Of a DNA stretch of 64,000 nucleotides, positions 25,281 through 36,107 are shown piece after piece; within the stretch, counting starts at the first letter, position 1; each line of letters starts with the position of its first letter. Source of the DNA: a virus. Location: positions 1 through 64,000 of the IMG/VR virus record IMGVR_UViG_3300027985_001833; one strand, 5' to 3'. The translations under genes and the position numbers were made by a program. The notes below the pieces were generated by a model. The model did not search any database. It had not been told where the DNA came from and saw only the letters and a program-made list of their open reading frames with translations.

Positions 25281-27158
25281 CTATGGGTTTATGTCAATCA
25301 ATTTTATATCGCCTGGAATGTTAAACGCTTCTACCTCATCTATCTGCACAGTGCTTCCAGGCGAGTGTATGAAACCGATTGAACCTTGCAAAAATGTTGA
25401 ATCATTTACCTGCGCTATTAAATTATTGTCCACGTATACGCTTAATTGCGTTGTTCCATTGTAATTATAAGCATGCATTCTTAATCCATACCACACATTT
25501 TCTTGCAAAATTCCCCACGGCGAATAAGAAACTGTTTGCAAAGATATCACACTAGAACCAGATTTTTTGGCCAACTTGATTTGATTACGATTGACGTTGA
25601 TCAACGCAAGAAATCCATCGTATGTATGGCTTAAAAACGGAGATACGTGTGTGACATATACTCCCATGCCAAACTCGACACCATCCCCTTTGATTCTTGA
25701 ATATGCTACATAATCTTGCCATTGATACGAAGTTGGCCAATTTAATCTGATTATTCCGAAATAAGTGCTGTTTTCCATTTTGCCAATCCCGTCTTCATAT
25801 ATCAACTCATCGTCTATGATTCCAGGATCATACAAATCAATCCAATTTTCGGCATCGTAGGTGAATCTTTCTAAAATTTTCAGATAATGTACGGTTATTC
25901 TTTCACCAACAGGCCTTGTTAATTTCATAATACTTTCCACTAATTGTCTATTTAGGTAACCATCATCTGTTATTCTCAAATTTGAGTGATATTCTGAATC
26001 CCCCACGCCAGGTATATCAATGATATGCGGGTCTCTTCCCTGATGTTCTTCGCCAAGCTGCGTAACATCAATTATCCATCTGAAATCAAACCAATTCCAA
26101 ATTCGACAAGGCGCTTGAGTTAACAATTCCAATATGCTAATTGTTGTGCTTTCCACGCCTCTATCTTTCCAAAAGGCTATGGAAATTGATATTAATTTTC
26201 TGAGTGTATCGTAATCTAGTTGATCAGTAATATCAGATAAATCATCCGTCCAACCAACAATATTTTTCATGTGCTGTAATAATCTATCTGGTATAGCGAG
26301 GATGTTCCAAAGATTTTTTAATGAAAATATAGAAGTGTGCGTGGTTTTCCAAATTTCTTGAAAACCTTGTAAAAATCTTTTTAAAAATAAACCATTTTGT
26401 AAATCTTCTAATCGTATGGAATTGGTAAGAAATCTATACATTTCTAAATCAAGAATTTCAACTTCAATAACCGTTTCATATCCCAAAAATTGCGAAGTTG
26501 AGCCCGTTATAAGTTGATTAAATGCCAAATCTTGGAATTTATCGCTTCCTGGTTGAGTAATTGTCACCGTGTACAATTCACCAGGTGTTTGGTTTGAAGT
26601 GATTATTGTAACGATTTCACTATCAACGTTTAAAACATCAACGGCAATTAATCCTTTGTCAAATGAATAATTATTAGCTTCTCTGATGGCCCGTTCATCC
26701 AACATTGGTTCGCTGAAATTGATTTTAATTAAATTTGAACTTATTGATTCGACCGTACTGATGGTTGGAATTTCGCCAATGCCTGTGTAAATTTGCGGTG
26801 TTGATCCCAAATCTATTGGCATCAATTCGGGATCGGTGGGCCCATTAACAGTAGCAATTGCCAATTGATACAAACTACCAATGGTATGTTCGGTGCAATT
26901 TATTTCAATCCAAGTCGGTTCTATGACATTTTCTGTTATGATGCTATTTATTATTGGCTGAACGTCATCAGTTGTAGGACGTATAATTGTGTAATTCGAA
27001 ATTTTAGTTAATGCGTCGTTCTTCAACATACCTCTGTCAAAAACAACACGAATTTTTTTTTCGTATGGTGTGACAGAAAGTATACCAACTTTCCCAGCAA
27101 GATGCGCAAAACCATTCAATTCAATGTTTGCTAAACCCCAACCAAAAATATCAGCCAT
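25281..27158 (-). CDS. Baseplate wedge/tail protein I-like with N-terminal Ig-like and C-terminal lectin-like domains
   Basis: IPDRLL...VGW...LRKLI...WKDRG...RPVG core; beta-rich flanks. Confidence 0.65.
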   Translation of the reverse strand: MADIFGWGLANIELNGFAHLAGKVGILSVTPYEKKIRVVFDRGMLKNDALTKISNYTIIRPTTDDVQPIINSIITENVIEPTWIEINCTEHTIGSLYQLAIATVNGPTDPELMPIDLGSTPQIYTGIGEIPTISTVESISSNLIKINFSEPMLDERAIREANNYSFDKGLIAVDVLNVDSEIVTIITSNQTPGELYTVTITQPGSDKFQDLAFNQLITGSTSQFLGYETVIEVEILDLEMYRFLTNSIRLEDLQNGLFLKRFLQGFQEIWKTTHTSIFSLKNLWNILAIPDRLLQHMKNIVGWTDDLSDITDQLDYDTLRKLISISIAFWKDRGVESTTISILELLTQAPCRIWNWFDFRWIIDVTQLGEEHQGRDPHIIDIPGVGDSEYHSNLRITDDGYLNRQLVESIMKLTRPVGERITVHYLKILERFTYDAENWIDLYDPGIIDDELIYEDGIGKMENSTYFGIIRLNWPTSYQWQDYVAYSRIKGDGVEFGMGVYVTHVSPFLSHTYDGFLALINVNRNQIKLAKKSGSSVISLQTVSYSPWGILQENVWYGLRMHAYNYNGTTQLSVYVDNNLIAQVNDSTFLQGSIGFIHSPGSTVQIDEVEAFNIPGDIKLIDINP

Positions 27159-27559
27159 TATTGAATCCTCAATCTAGTGGCCAAAATTCTGTAAGTGTCA
27201 CCGTCAGGAATATTAACGGTTTGCGGTGTTCCAGAGCCATTGTCCAATATCCCAAATAATTTGGGGATTCCCGAATCCCAAATAACCCAATGTGTTAATC
27301 CATTCCAATTAGCGCCGCTTGGTGTCCAATTGTATTCAATTCCATTTGATTTTATGCCGCCTGATGCTGGTGGCCAGTTGGTGCTATTATTTGTTATTGA
27401 TAATCTAGCATAACCGCCACCGGTGGGCTCTGTAATATTGCTACCATCCGGATTAGGCGTGGTTGAAGAAAGCCCTAATTCAATAGTCACGCCTAATTTT
27501 GTGGCCGATGATCCTAACATATCGTCTAATATTGTATTTTTAAAAACAGTGAAATACAT
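27158..27559 (-). CDS. Minor tail/baseplate protein
   Basis: LGLSSTTP...EPTGGGYAR...W...THWVIWD pattern common in phage tail genes. Confidence 0.6.
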   Translation of the reverse strand: MYFTVFKNTILDDMLGSSATKLGVTIELGLSSTTPNPDGSNITEPTGGGYARLSITNNSTNWPPASGGIKSNGIEYNWTPSGANWNGLTHWVIWDSGIPKLFGILDNGSGTPQTVNIPDGDTYRILATRLRIQ

Positions 27560-27567
27560 CGCTACCT

Positions 27568-29733
27568 CTATGATGGTGTTATTACGGTTATGTTCAGCGT
27601 TCCAAGTATTGGCAACTCTCTTGGTTGTAATTGCACCCCGCTACTACCGGGGACGGAAATTTCAACTTTGGTTATGTTGTCTTCATCTACAGCAAAAATC
27701 TCATGATTTAGTCTAGATACTTCAATTAATTCACCAAAATCCCACTCGTATGCGACCCCATCATCTTTCAAAGCATTAGGTTGTAATATTTGTGTTAATT
27801 TTGTTTCAATAGTGCTTTTTTCTATGTTGCCATATACGATTGCTGTTATATCGATGCTTCTTTGGTTGTAATTCACTGCTACAACTTGTTGATTGGCCAC
27901 GATTCTTTGCGGCAAAGGTGGATTGGCATATTTATCGCCGTTGAAATATTCTTCAATTGCTAACAATTGAGCCGATGATGCCAATCCGCCGCCCTTGGCC
28001 ATAACAACTAATTCAACGGTTTTTGGTCCATACCCCTCTTCGATTGCAAATGCCCTTTCAAATGGATTAGAACCATCGGTTCCTTCATAATCCTTGGCCA
28101 TGGCAATAACGTCATCTGGCCCAATAGCAACATTTTTTGTTCTGATGGATGCCGGTCCTTCGATTTTAACTCTAGCCAATGAGGTTTCGCTTGCCCCGTC
28201 TGCCTCTGCCCAACCAGTTGCTTGTCTTGGATTTTTGGCATTATCGATAAAAGTTAATCCGGTTTTATCAATTGTAATTGTATTTGCTCCAACATTTCCA
28301 TCTGCACCACCTCCATATCTAAACGATATGATTATGTTGCCAATTCCAATTGGGGGTACGGCACCCTTTTCGTTTCCGCCGAATATTATAGTGGCAACAT
28401 CATTTTCACCTAAAATTATCATGTAATGTTTGTCTGTGGGCGATGAATCTAAAAAATTATTTACTCTTGCCCATATATCACCACCAACTGTTACAATTTC
28501 GCTTCCCCACAAAAAATTCTCCTCACTTAATTTAAATTGTTGATCGGACAAACCGGTTGAATTAAACGGTGAATCTGTTTTTGTTCTGCCTTGTGTAACT
28601 AATTTTTTCACATATTGCTTCCCAGCGTCCATTTTTGTGTATTGAAAAATTGGCGCTGTAGGCGTAGTGACAGTTGTGATTCTATATCTTAGCCAAAAAG
28701 CATTTTTATTATCGATTTCAGTTGAGATCCAATCTTTAGTTAAAGTTTGCGGTAACGTAAATGTTACATTGCCATTTTGTGTTAAATTTTGAGTATTATC
28801 TATGACTTCTAATATAGTCCAATCAGAACCAATAGTGTAATCAGTTGGATTTATAGATGGCGATATTTGACCCAATAATGCACTTGTAGTTGCGATATTT
28901 GCTGTGCCGCTCCATGCACTAAACACATCTTCAAATGCTGCCGATGAATTGAGTTGTATTCTGATTTTAGTTCCTTGTCGATTGCTGGAACCAAGTAATG
29001 ATGTTAAATCAAATTGAAGCGTAGTGCCAAGATCTGTAACTGATGTTGGCGAAGTTTTGCTCCAGTCTCCATCGTAAAATTCCCACACTCCAATTATATT
29101 CGCTGCTGCTGTGGTTAAAACCACGCTTAAAACATCCCACAATACTTGTTTGTGGCCAAAGTAAATAGCGTCTTTCGAATCAGGCGTTGCCCATGGCGTA
29201 AAATCATCAGCAGGTGTTATTGTTGAATTTGCTTTTGCGGTATAATCTGTGAATACTCCGTTTTCATCTGCCAATACGTAACTATGTTGATCAGTTCTGT
29301 CGATAGTAAGTGAGGTCAATGCTTCATAATAAATTGGATCAGAACTATCGGTTTTGGTTGTTGCTATTTGAGCGCGTTCTGGAATGATTTCAAAAGAAGT
29401 CGTGAAAACTTTTGATAATTGATAAATAATATCGGCTTGGGCTGGTGATGCTGGTCTCATTTCATAATCGATCAATCTAAGCATGTTTCTGACTGTTTCA
29501 GTTAATTGTGCTGTTGGCAATGTGTTTTCGTTGGCTACCATATCAATTAAACAATTATTCAAGTGTGAAACTAATGCCATCATTTTCATAAATTGAATTG
29601 AAGGCTCAACATCTGATTCATCAGTTAATTCTGGTACATATTCTCTTTTGTATTTGATCAATGCTTCCAATATGTTCGGATAGTAAAATGCTGTGAAATC
29701 GAAACTAGGTATTGTTACTATTGCACTGGTCAT
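27568..29733 (-). CDS. Baseplate J-like protein
   Basis: FDFT..Y..I, PELTD...P, L.TAQ....V..M.RLIDY, GNVGANTIT, GA..E. Confidence 0.85.
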   Translation of the reverse strand: MTSAIVTIPSFDFTAFYYPNILEALIKYKREYVPELTDESDVEPSIQFMKMMALVSHLNNCLIDMVANENTLPTAQLTETVRNMLRLIDYEMRPASPAQADIIYQLSKVFTTSFEIIPERAQIATTKTDSSDPIYYEALTSLTIDRTDQHSYVLADENGVFTDYTAKANSTITPADDFTPWATPDSKDAIYFGHKQVLWDVLSVVLTTAAANIIGVWEFYDGDWSKTSPTSVTDLGTTLQFDLTSLLGSSNRQGTKIRIQLNSSAAFEDVFSAWSGTANIATTSALLGQISPSINPTDYTIGSDWTILEVIDNTQNLTQNGNVTFTLPQTLTKDWISTEIDNKNAFWLRYRITTVTTPTAPIFQYTKMDAGKQYVKKLVTQGRTKTDSPFNSTGLSDQQFKLSEENFLWGSEIVTVGGDIWARVNNFLDSSPTDKHYMIILGENDVATIIFGGNEKGAVPPIGIGNIIISFRYGGGADGNVGANTITIDKTGLTFIDNAKNPRQATGWAEADGASETSLARVKIEGPASIRTKNVAIGPDDVIAMAKDYEGTDGSNPFERAFAIEEGYGPKTVELVVMAKGGGLASSAQLLAIEEYFNGDKYANPPLPQRIVANQQVVAVNYNQRSIDITAIVYGNIEKSTIETKLTQILQPNALKDDGVAYEWDFGELIEVSRLNHEIFAVDEDNITKVEISVPGSSGVQLQPRELPILGTLNITVITPS

Positions 29734-29744
29734 CTATTTTGCCT

Positions 29745-30125
29745 TTATGCCTTACTACCATAGTTTTTTTCAAATTCATTTATTTTATCGCTTTCGATGT
29801 TCAAATAACGAAAACTAAGTGTTATGGTTCCATCGCTATCATCGTAATTCCATTTCATAGTATCTCCTAATAATTTGAAACGATTTTGAGCTTGGAAATT
29901 TTTAAAAATACGTTTAATTCTATTGGTAATTTGCGCCCTAATTGAATCATCTGCAATATCAAATATCATATTTTGCCCAAGTGTTATATTTTGCATATAA
30001 GCGTTTTCATTGTCTCCATCGCCTAAGGCCAACGCGATTATTTTTTTATCTTGTTCGTCGCCATGGACCAATGCCAATCCGCCATTTGGTCCAACGCTTA
30101 TGGGAACTTTTAATCCTGTTGGCAT
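29745..30125 (-). CDS. Baseplate wedge gp25/W-like protein
   Basis: Size, position between spike and J, GLKVP N-terminus. Confidence 0.7.
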   Translation of the reverse strand: MPTGLKVPISVGPNGGLALVHGDEQDKKIIALALGDGDNENAYMQNITLGQNMIFDIADDSIRAQITNRIKRIFKNFQAQNRFKLLGDTMKWNYDDSDGTITLSFRYLNIESDKINEFEKNYGSKA

Positions 30126-30134
30126 ATTGATCTC

Positions 30135-30629
30135 CTATAGAATTGGCGCATACACGCCGCTAGGTGGCGGAGTCATAGTCGCGATACCACCTAATTGCAA
30201 CGAGTGCAAAGCCTCAGCCACGGCAGCAGTGGCTGATTCAATATCTAAGTTGTTAGATATATTTGCTGCAAAAATCGGTTCTAGTGTTGTTGCTATAGTT
30301 GTTAAATTTGGTGGAGGCATAGCGATCATGATCAATGGAGTGGTGACCCATATGGTTGGCGCCGATGCAATGACCGTATTCCAGAATGCAACAATTCCGG
30401 CTTGAAGTATTGCACAACCATTTGGCGCTGAATTTATCCCAACCATTGCTGCTTTCATAGACGTTATGGCACCAACCAGAGAATTTGGAGTCACAGAAAT
30501 GCCTAAAACTGTAGATTCATTGAAATAATTTTCCCAAGCTGTTGACCAATTGGCAATGCCTTCTGTTTCTGTTGCCACTGGAACCATTATTTTTAATTCA
30601 TTTGCTAATGTTGTATGTGTTAATGGCAT
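30135..30629 (-). CDS. Hypothetical baseplate-region protein (likely start MPLTH at 30629)
   Basis: Starts right after the spike stop; Ala-rich. Confidence 0.55.
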   Translation of the reverse strand: MPLTHTTLANELKIMVPVATETEGIANWSTAWENYFNESTVLGISVTPNSLVGAITSMKAAMVGINSAPNGCAILQAGIVAFWNTVIASAPTIWVTTPLIMIAMPPPNLTTIATTLEPIFAANISNNLDIESATAAVAEALHSLQLGGIATMTPPPSGVYAPIL

Positions 30630-30630
30630 A

Positions 30631-31362
30631 TTATTTAACCTTTGTAGTGGTGCTAATATTGTTAATAGGCAACAAAACAATTGGCGCCCCTGTTGGCCCG
30701 AATGGTCCTGGATGCGTATGGACATCGTAAGTAATTTTGAAATCATCTCCTCTTATCAAATAATTATCTGCTCCATTCCCTAGATTGACGTCATCTGAAT
30801 TTGCTGAAATTTTATTGCTTTCCATGCTAATGGCTTGATCTGTTGCATTTAATTCAACGAATGAGCCATTAGCGTCGGTCAGTAAAATCGAACCATCTTC
30901 GTTGAATGTTAAAAATGCTGTTTTTTCATTTTGTCGCCAAGATATGTGAATTTTTTGCTCACCATTTGTATCATCGAAATAAATAATGTGTCCTGATGGC
31001 GTGGCGAATCCTCTTCGTTTTCCATAATTGTCGATAAAATCTGCCGGAATGGGTCTTGATTCGTTTTCACCATACGTCTCTTCATCGGTCCAATGCCTTT
31101 TTCCGGTCCAATATATATCTAATCCATCAATCGTGGATTGTCCAAATATTTCATCCGTATCTGAATCGCTTGCAACTTCAATTTCTACAATTTCACCAAC
31201 ATCGGGAATATGAAACCAACCCCAATCAAATTTAGGTAATACCCAATCGGGCAATTCGGCATTTTCATCTCCCAAAAGGCCAGCGCAGGCGACTTTGATT
31301 CTGCCTCTGTATTCTTCGTCTGAATTTGAAGTCACTATTGCGTCGTATTTTTCTAATTTCAT
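30631..31362 (-). CDS. Baseplate spike (gpV/gp5-like OB fold, HxH tip)
   Basis: D.EYRGRIKV, W..P, IPDVGE.V, TPSGH, YDVHTHP. Confidence 0.85.
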   Translation of the reverse strand: MKLEKYDAIVTSNSDEEYRGRIKVACAGLLGDENAELPDWVLPKFDWGWFHIPDVGEIVEIEVASDSDTDEIFGQSTIDGLDIYWTGKRHWTDEETYGENESRPIPADFIDNYGKRRGFATPSGHIIYFDDTNGEQKIHISWRQNEKTAFLTFNEDGSILLTDANGSFVELNATDQAISMESNKISANSDDVNLGNGADNYLIRGDDFKITYDVHTHPGPFGPTGAPIVLLPINNISTTTKVK

Positions 31363-32486
31363 TATGGTACCACTTTCCTGCCGTTAAATTCGCAAATATA
31401 CCCATCAGAATTGCTTAATGTGTGTCTAACCTTGGAGAAATAGTATCTGCCATTATACGCAGCAGAAATGCCGTCTATGCTATGTATTTGTCTTGCCATC
31501 AACGTTTCCAGCCCTATCGTCCTCCCCTCGGATAGGATGAAATTCTCTCTTTGTCTTCTGAACCATTGCGCAACCCACGTCTCAACATCGGCTTCGGTTC
31601 TGAATCGCTTATCGCTGATTACTTCAAATGAATAATTTCCAAAAAATAATTGTATGGCAGATGCCGTAGTGTATTCACCCAAAACCGGTTCCAACGGATC
31701 GATTGCAGCATCCATCTCTGGTGTTTTATTGTTTTTTTCTTCGATGTCAACTTTAATCACTCTGCCAGTTTTGACATCTTTTACCACAGCGCTGATTTTT
31801 GTTTTCGCACCTTTGATTAATAATTCTGGTCTGAATTGGAGTAAAGATGATAGATCCCCTTGGTTGTAAATGAAATTATATTCCTTTTCTTGTACTAATC
31901 CTTTAGGGCTTTTAAAATGCAAGGTCCAAACTCCATTTTCATCGCCATCCACCCAAAAAATATATCCAGTTATGTTGGCTAACCCTTGAATAAACGCATA
32001 ATCAGTTATGCCGGATTTTTGAATAAATCTTTTTGGTTTTTCTGTTGTATCATCGATATCAGATTTGAATCCGTATTCGCCTGCCACTATTTTTACTGCA
32101 TCGCTGTATTTGCTGTCCTTGTAAACTCGTTTTTTTGATTCTTGTGGCTCATTATCCATGTTGGCATCTTTGGTGTAGCCTGACACCGTTAAGGTTGGTA
32201 TCCCCTCTTGTGGATAAGATGGAACTTGTTTGAACAAAACAACCCTCCCTACGTGACGCAATGGCTCTTTATATCCGAAATACAAACTCATTTCATTCCC
32301 TGGCTGAAATAGTTTTGCATCGGATAATATGTTATCTGGATTGATACACACTAATCGAGCAACATCTGCCATGCCATCAGCGCTTTCATACTCTACCCGT
32401 TGAATAAATTTATTAACATTTTCTGTTAAATCTTTATTTTCAATTGTTAACGCATATTTGGGTGCAAATGTAAAATCATCCATCAT
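31362..32486 (-). CDS. Baseplate hub (gpD/gp27-like)
   Basis: FGY, Q...TDYAFI..LA, G.YY...VRH. Confidence 0.8.
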   Translation of the reverse strand: MMDDFTFAPKYALTIENKDLTENVNKFIQRVEYESADGMADVARLVCINPDNILSDAKLFQPGNEMSLYFGYKEPLRHVGRVVLFKQVPSYPQEGIPTLTVSGYTKDANMDNEPQESKKRVYKDSKYSDAVKIVAGEYGFKSDIDDTTEKPKRFIQKSGITDYAFIQGLANITGYIFWVDGDENGVWTLHFKSPKGLVQEKEYNFIYNQGDLSSLLQFRPELLIKGAKTKISAVVKDVKTGRVIKVDIEEKNNKTPEMDAAIDPLEPVLGEYTTASAIQLFFGNYSFEVISDKRFRTEADVETWVAQWFRRQRENFILSEGRTIGLETLMARQIHSIDGISAAYNGRYYFSKVRHTLSNSDGYICEFNGRKVVP

Positions 32487-33295
32487 TATTCACCATTGGA
32501 AATTATATGCGAAACATAATTTCTATTTCTTCTATCCAAAACCATCAACATCAATTCACGTTGAGGTGTGCTTTTTTTATTAGTTATGTTTTGAAAAATT
32601 ATTGAGCCAGGAGCAATTATTTCTCTTCTTAATGTGGCTTTTGATGGTAATTTGATAATATCTGCCGGTTGAATGTTTAATTTTGTTGGATGTCTTTTTC
32701 TGATTATATCGCCCATTTCAGCAGAACCGTATTCACGATAGGTTAACATTTCGTAATAATCACGTAATGCTGCCCTATGATATCTAGTTTCGCCAGATGT
32801 ACTTGCCGCCAATGAAAAAGGTTCATATCTTGTTAAATTAATAGTGAGTTTTGCTCTTCTAAATTTGCCTAATTTGGTTGGTTTATCATACGCAATATTG
32901 CCTAAACTGGTTATAATACACGAAGCCATACCCACCATTCCATCGCCAACGGAAAATGATAATATTGGTGGTCTGCCTAAATTTTCATCTCTCTGTTTCC
33001 ATGATTTAAGCGTATCTAGATCATCTTTAACATCACCAACGAAATCAAAAACAGTTTTACCTGTAAAACCGCTATGATTAAACATAGTGGCCACAAATGA
33101 TATCGTATCGGCTTCGCCGCTTAAAAATTGAATTATGGGATTTTGTCTATTTAACGATGTTTGGATAGAATATTTATTGCTAGTTTCTTCTTTTAATTCC
33201 TCTGGCGGAAATTGACCTTGGATGATAGACGGCGGCGTAACGTCCTCGTTACTAAGATACCATACATTTTTACTTAATAAATCTAACAATCCCAT
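32486..33295 (-). CDS. Tail tube initiator with LysM-like C-terminal region
   Basis: QFPPE, PIIQF..G, RPPIL.F, CIITSL; REYGS...IQPADIIKLP. Confidence 0.7.
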   Translation of the reverse strand: MGLLDLLSKNVWYLSNEDVTPPSIIQGQFPPEELKEETSNKYSIQTSLNRQNPIIQFLSGEADTISFVATMFNHSGFTGKTVFDFVGDVKDDLDTLKSWKQRDENLGRPPILSFSVGDGMVGMASCIITSLGNIAYDKPTKLGKFRRAKLTINLTRYEPFSLAASTSGETRYHRAALRDYYEMLTYREYGSAEMGDIIRKRHPTKLNIQPADIIKLPSKATLRREIIAPGSIIFQNITNKKSTPQRELMLMVLDRRNRNYVSHIISNGE

Positions 33296-33296
33296 A

Positions 33297-35909
33297 TCAT
33301 CCTGCTTTTAGCATTGCACCATGTTCTAACATCACTCTTCTTTGATACGGTGTTGTTTTGAATCCAGCTCTATCGCTGATTTCTTGACGATGCTTACCTG
33401 ATGCTATGTTTAAATCTTCACCGCTTACAGATAATTTGTTTTCAATATTCAACGTCTTTTTATCCTCCACAGTCACATTTGCAACAACTTCTGGAGATGC
33501 TTGTTTGGCTTTTGTCGTTGTTAGTTTTTCAGATGTTTTCCCTAATTGCTCTACGGCTTGTAAATTCTTAGCTTTTTTGATTTTTGGTGGTTGTTCTGCT
33601 GGTCCGCGACCAACTGCCCCAAATACTAATCCTGTCACACCTTCTTCGGCAAATGTTTGAAGTCCTTTGGGTAATTCAATTCCAATCACTTTTGCCAATT
33701 CAATTGCGCCTTTGATGATTGAACGAATTGGAAACAATACCATATCCAATAGAGCTGTGCCTAGACGAGCTAATCCACTCAATATATTTCCACCAAACAT
33801 ATCCTCGATTGCCATAACCACATTTGATACCGCAATAGCAATGCTTTCAATCATCCAAGTAACAGAATCCCATATCCTGCCAATAACAGTTCCTATCGTT
33901 ATCGCAATTGAAGCAATTATTGGTATGGCATATTCTACAAATTTTCCAATTGCTGTGGCAATTGCACCTATTATGGCCCCGACGACTCGCCCAACCTCTT
34001 TCCAGCTAATTTCTGTTTCGCTCAGTCCTCCGAATATAAAATTGAATAAATCACCTAATACTAATTTGATATTGGTGACTATGTTATTCCATATTTCTCC
34101 CAAGGCCTCAATAGCAGGCGCAAAACCCTCTTTGATTCCTTGCCACAATGGTTTTATAGCATTTTCCCAAACATCCAAAATCCAAGTTTTTATATTCCCC
34201 CAAACTCTTGTTGCTGTATCTATGAGAGATTCATTTTCATTTTTTAAAAGCTGATATGCCAGGAAAATCGCGCCAATTGCTATCAAAACAGGCCAAAATA
34301 TTGTTGATAAAATAGTAGCCACTCCAGATATAACAGATACAATTCCGCCAATTACAAATTTAACAGCACCTAGGCCTAAAATTAATGGTACAATAGCAGC
34401 AGCAGCTACGGCAAATAAAGTGGCAAATTTAACTATTTTCTCTAATCCATCGTCGCCAAACGTATCTTTCAACCATTTTCCTGCTTGTTTGATACTATTA
34501 GTGACCCAACGCCAAGCTTCTTTGATGGTTGTGCTTGCAGCCATAAAACCTTTAGCTATTGATAGCGCTGTATCTCTGCTTGATTCACTAATAGCATTTT
34601 CGCCTTCGATCAAACCATCCCACACTTTTTTAAACGATTCCTCATCATAATTATTCAATTCATCAAATAAAAAAAGTATTGAATTCAAACCCTTAGACAT
34701 TTCTTGGAACGTCCCCTTAACTGGAGACAATAAACCTTTAAATAAACTAATGGATAAACCTTCAAGAGATGACATCAATAATTTTGAAGCACCCCAAACA
34801 TTATCTAATCTACGCCTTGCCATTTCGCCAGCAGCACCTAGACCGCCAAACGCTTCAGATGAATTTTTGAGTTCTTGTTCCAACGTATCGAGCGATTGTT
34901 TGCCGGCTGTCATTAATGCGCCCATGGCCCTTCCGCCTCGAACCCCAAACATTTCTTGTAATATGGCAGCCTTTTGAGTAACAGAACTTATTCCGGATAA
35001 TTTTTCAGATAATTGAGCAACAATATCGCTCACTTTGTTTAGAGAACCATCACTTTTTTCCAATTCGATATTCCATTTATCTAAAATGGCTTGAGATTTT
35101 CCTGATCTTTTTGCTATTTTTAACATCATGTTTGAAAATGATGTACCGGCCATTGATCCTTTCAATCCTGCATCTGACAATTTGGCAAATATGGCTGTGG
35201 TTTCTTCAACAGACATATTCATTTGTTTGGCTTGAGTAACGCCGTACGTGAATGATTCACCCAGCGCTCTGATGTCTGTTTTTGCGCTGGCCGAGGCGAG
35301 TGCCAAAACATCGGCAACGTGGGTCGCCTCGCCAAATGATTGCCCCATCCCCTTGACAACCGTTGTAACAATATCGGTGGCAGACGCCAAATCTAAGTCA
35401 TCAGCAGCAGCAGCATTGACCACGCCTTGTAAGGATGATAAAATTTGTTCTGTGTTGGCACCGGCTCGACCTAAAAATTCTTGTGCTTGGGCATTTTCTG
35501 TTGCGCTGAAAACTGATACGATGCCCATACGTTTGGCTTCTTTTTCAAGCTTGCGCATATCTTCAGATGATGCAAGCGTTACGGCACCAACCGTTGACAT
35601 TTGTTTTTCAAACTGAACGGCTTGATTCACACCGCCAGCCAAGGCCAATGTTAACGGAGCCGCACCCATTGTGACATCGCGCAACCCCATGCCTATTTTT
35701 TGAGTACCTGATGCTAAATTAGCGCTCATTGTCTTGAGTTTGGCATTGAGCGATGTGATGTGGACACCAATGCGACCAAGCGATGGCGGAACTTGATCTG
35801 TTTGCGCTACGAATCTACCAAATTCATCTTTAGCGCGTTGAACAGGTTGGACCGCTTTAGATGTATCAACGGTTATAATCCCGCCCAAACCTATTTTTTC
35901 AAACGCCAC
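33297..35909 (-). CDS. Tape measure protein (TP901-like core)
   Basis: FEKQMS.V, FSATE.A, GLKGSMAGT, hydrophobic repeats; follows the chaperone. Confidence 0.92.
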   Translation of the reverse strand: MAFEKIGLGGIITVDTSKAVQPVQRAKDEFGRFVAQTDQVPPSLGRIGVHITSLNAKLKTMSANLASGTQKIGMGLRDVTMGAAPLTLALAGGVNQAVQFEKQMSTVGAVTLASSEDMRKLEKEAKRMGIVSVFSATENAQAQEFLGRAGANTEQILSSLQGVVNAAAADDLDLASATDIVTTVVKGMGQSFGEATHVADVLALASASAKTDIRALGESFTYGVTQAKQMNMSVEETTAIFAKLSDAGLKGSMAGTSFSNMMLKIAKRSGKSQAILDKWNIELEKSDGSLNKVSDIVAQLSEKLSGISSVTQKAAILQEMFGVRGGRAMGALMTAGKQSLDTLEQELKNSSEAFGGLGAAGEMARRRLDNVWGASKLLMSSLEGLSISLFKGLLSPVKGTFQEMSKGLNSILFLFDELNNYDEESFKKVWDGLIEGENAISESSRDTALSIAKGFMAASTTIKEAWRWVTNSIKQAGKWLKDTFGDDGLEKIVKFATLFAVAAAAIVPLILGLGAVKFVIGGIVSVISGVATILSTIFWPVLIAIGAIFLAYQLLKNENESLIDTATRVWGNIKTWILDVWENAIKPLWQGIKEGFAPAIEALGEIWNNIVTNIKLVLGDLFNFIFGGLSETEISWKEVGRVVGAIIGAIATAIGKFVEYAIPIIASIAITIGTVIGRIWDSVTWMIESIAIAVSNVVMAIEDMFGGNILSGLARLGTALLDMVLFPIRSIIKGAIELAKVIGIELPKGLQTFAEEGVTGLVFGAVGRGPAEQPPKIKKAKNLQAVEQLGKTSEKLTTTKAKQASPEVVANVTVEDKKTLNIENKLSVSGEDLNIASGKHRQEISDRAGFKTTPYQRRVMLEHGAMLKAG

Positions 35910-36107
35910 TTAGCTTTTCACTTTCTTTTTCATCTGTTTCAATTCGTTTTCTAACTGCCTGCCTAATCTATTCAGGTACCATATTCTTTCATCTGATGGC
36001 ATCAAATTAATATCGTTATAAGTAATACCTTTCATACCATAAGTGAGCAAAAATGTCTGTTCATACAAATCTTCAATCTTCCCTAGCGGGAAGAATCGCC
36101 GAAAAAA
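35910..36107 (-). CDS. -1 frameshift extension of the tail assembly chaperone (gpGT-like; not in ORF track)
   Basis: Slippery T TTT TTC at 36107-36101. The -1 frame reads FRRFFPLGKIEDLYEQTFLLTYGMKGITYNDINLMPSDERIWYLNRL... and stops (TAA 35912-35910) immediately before the TMP start. Confidence 0.8.
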   Translation of the reverse strand, partial: FFRRFFPLGKIEDLYEQTFLLTYGMKGITYNDINLMPSDERIWYLNRLGRQLENELKQMKKKVKS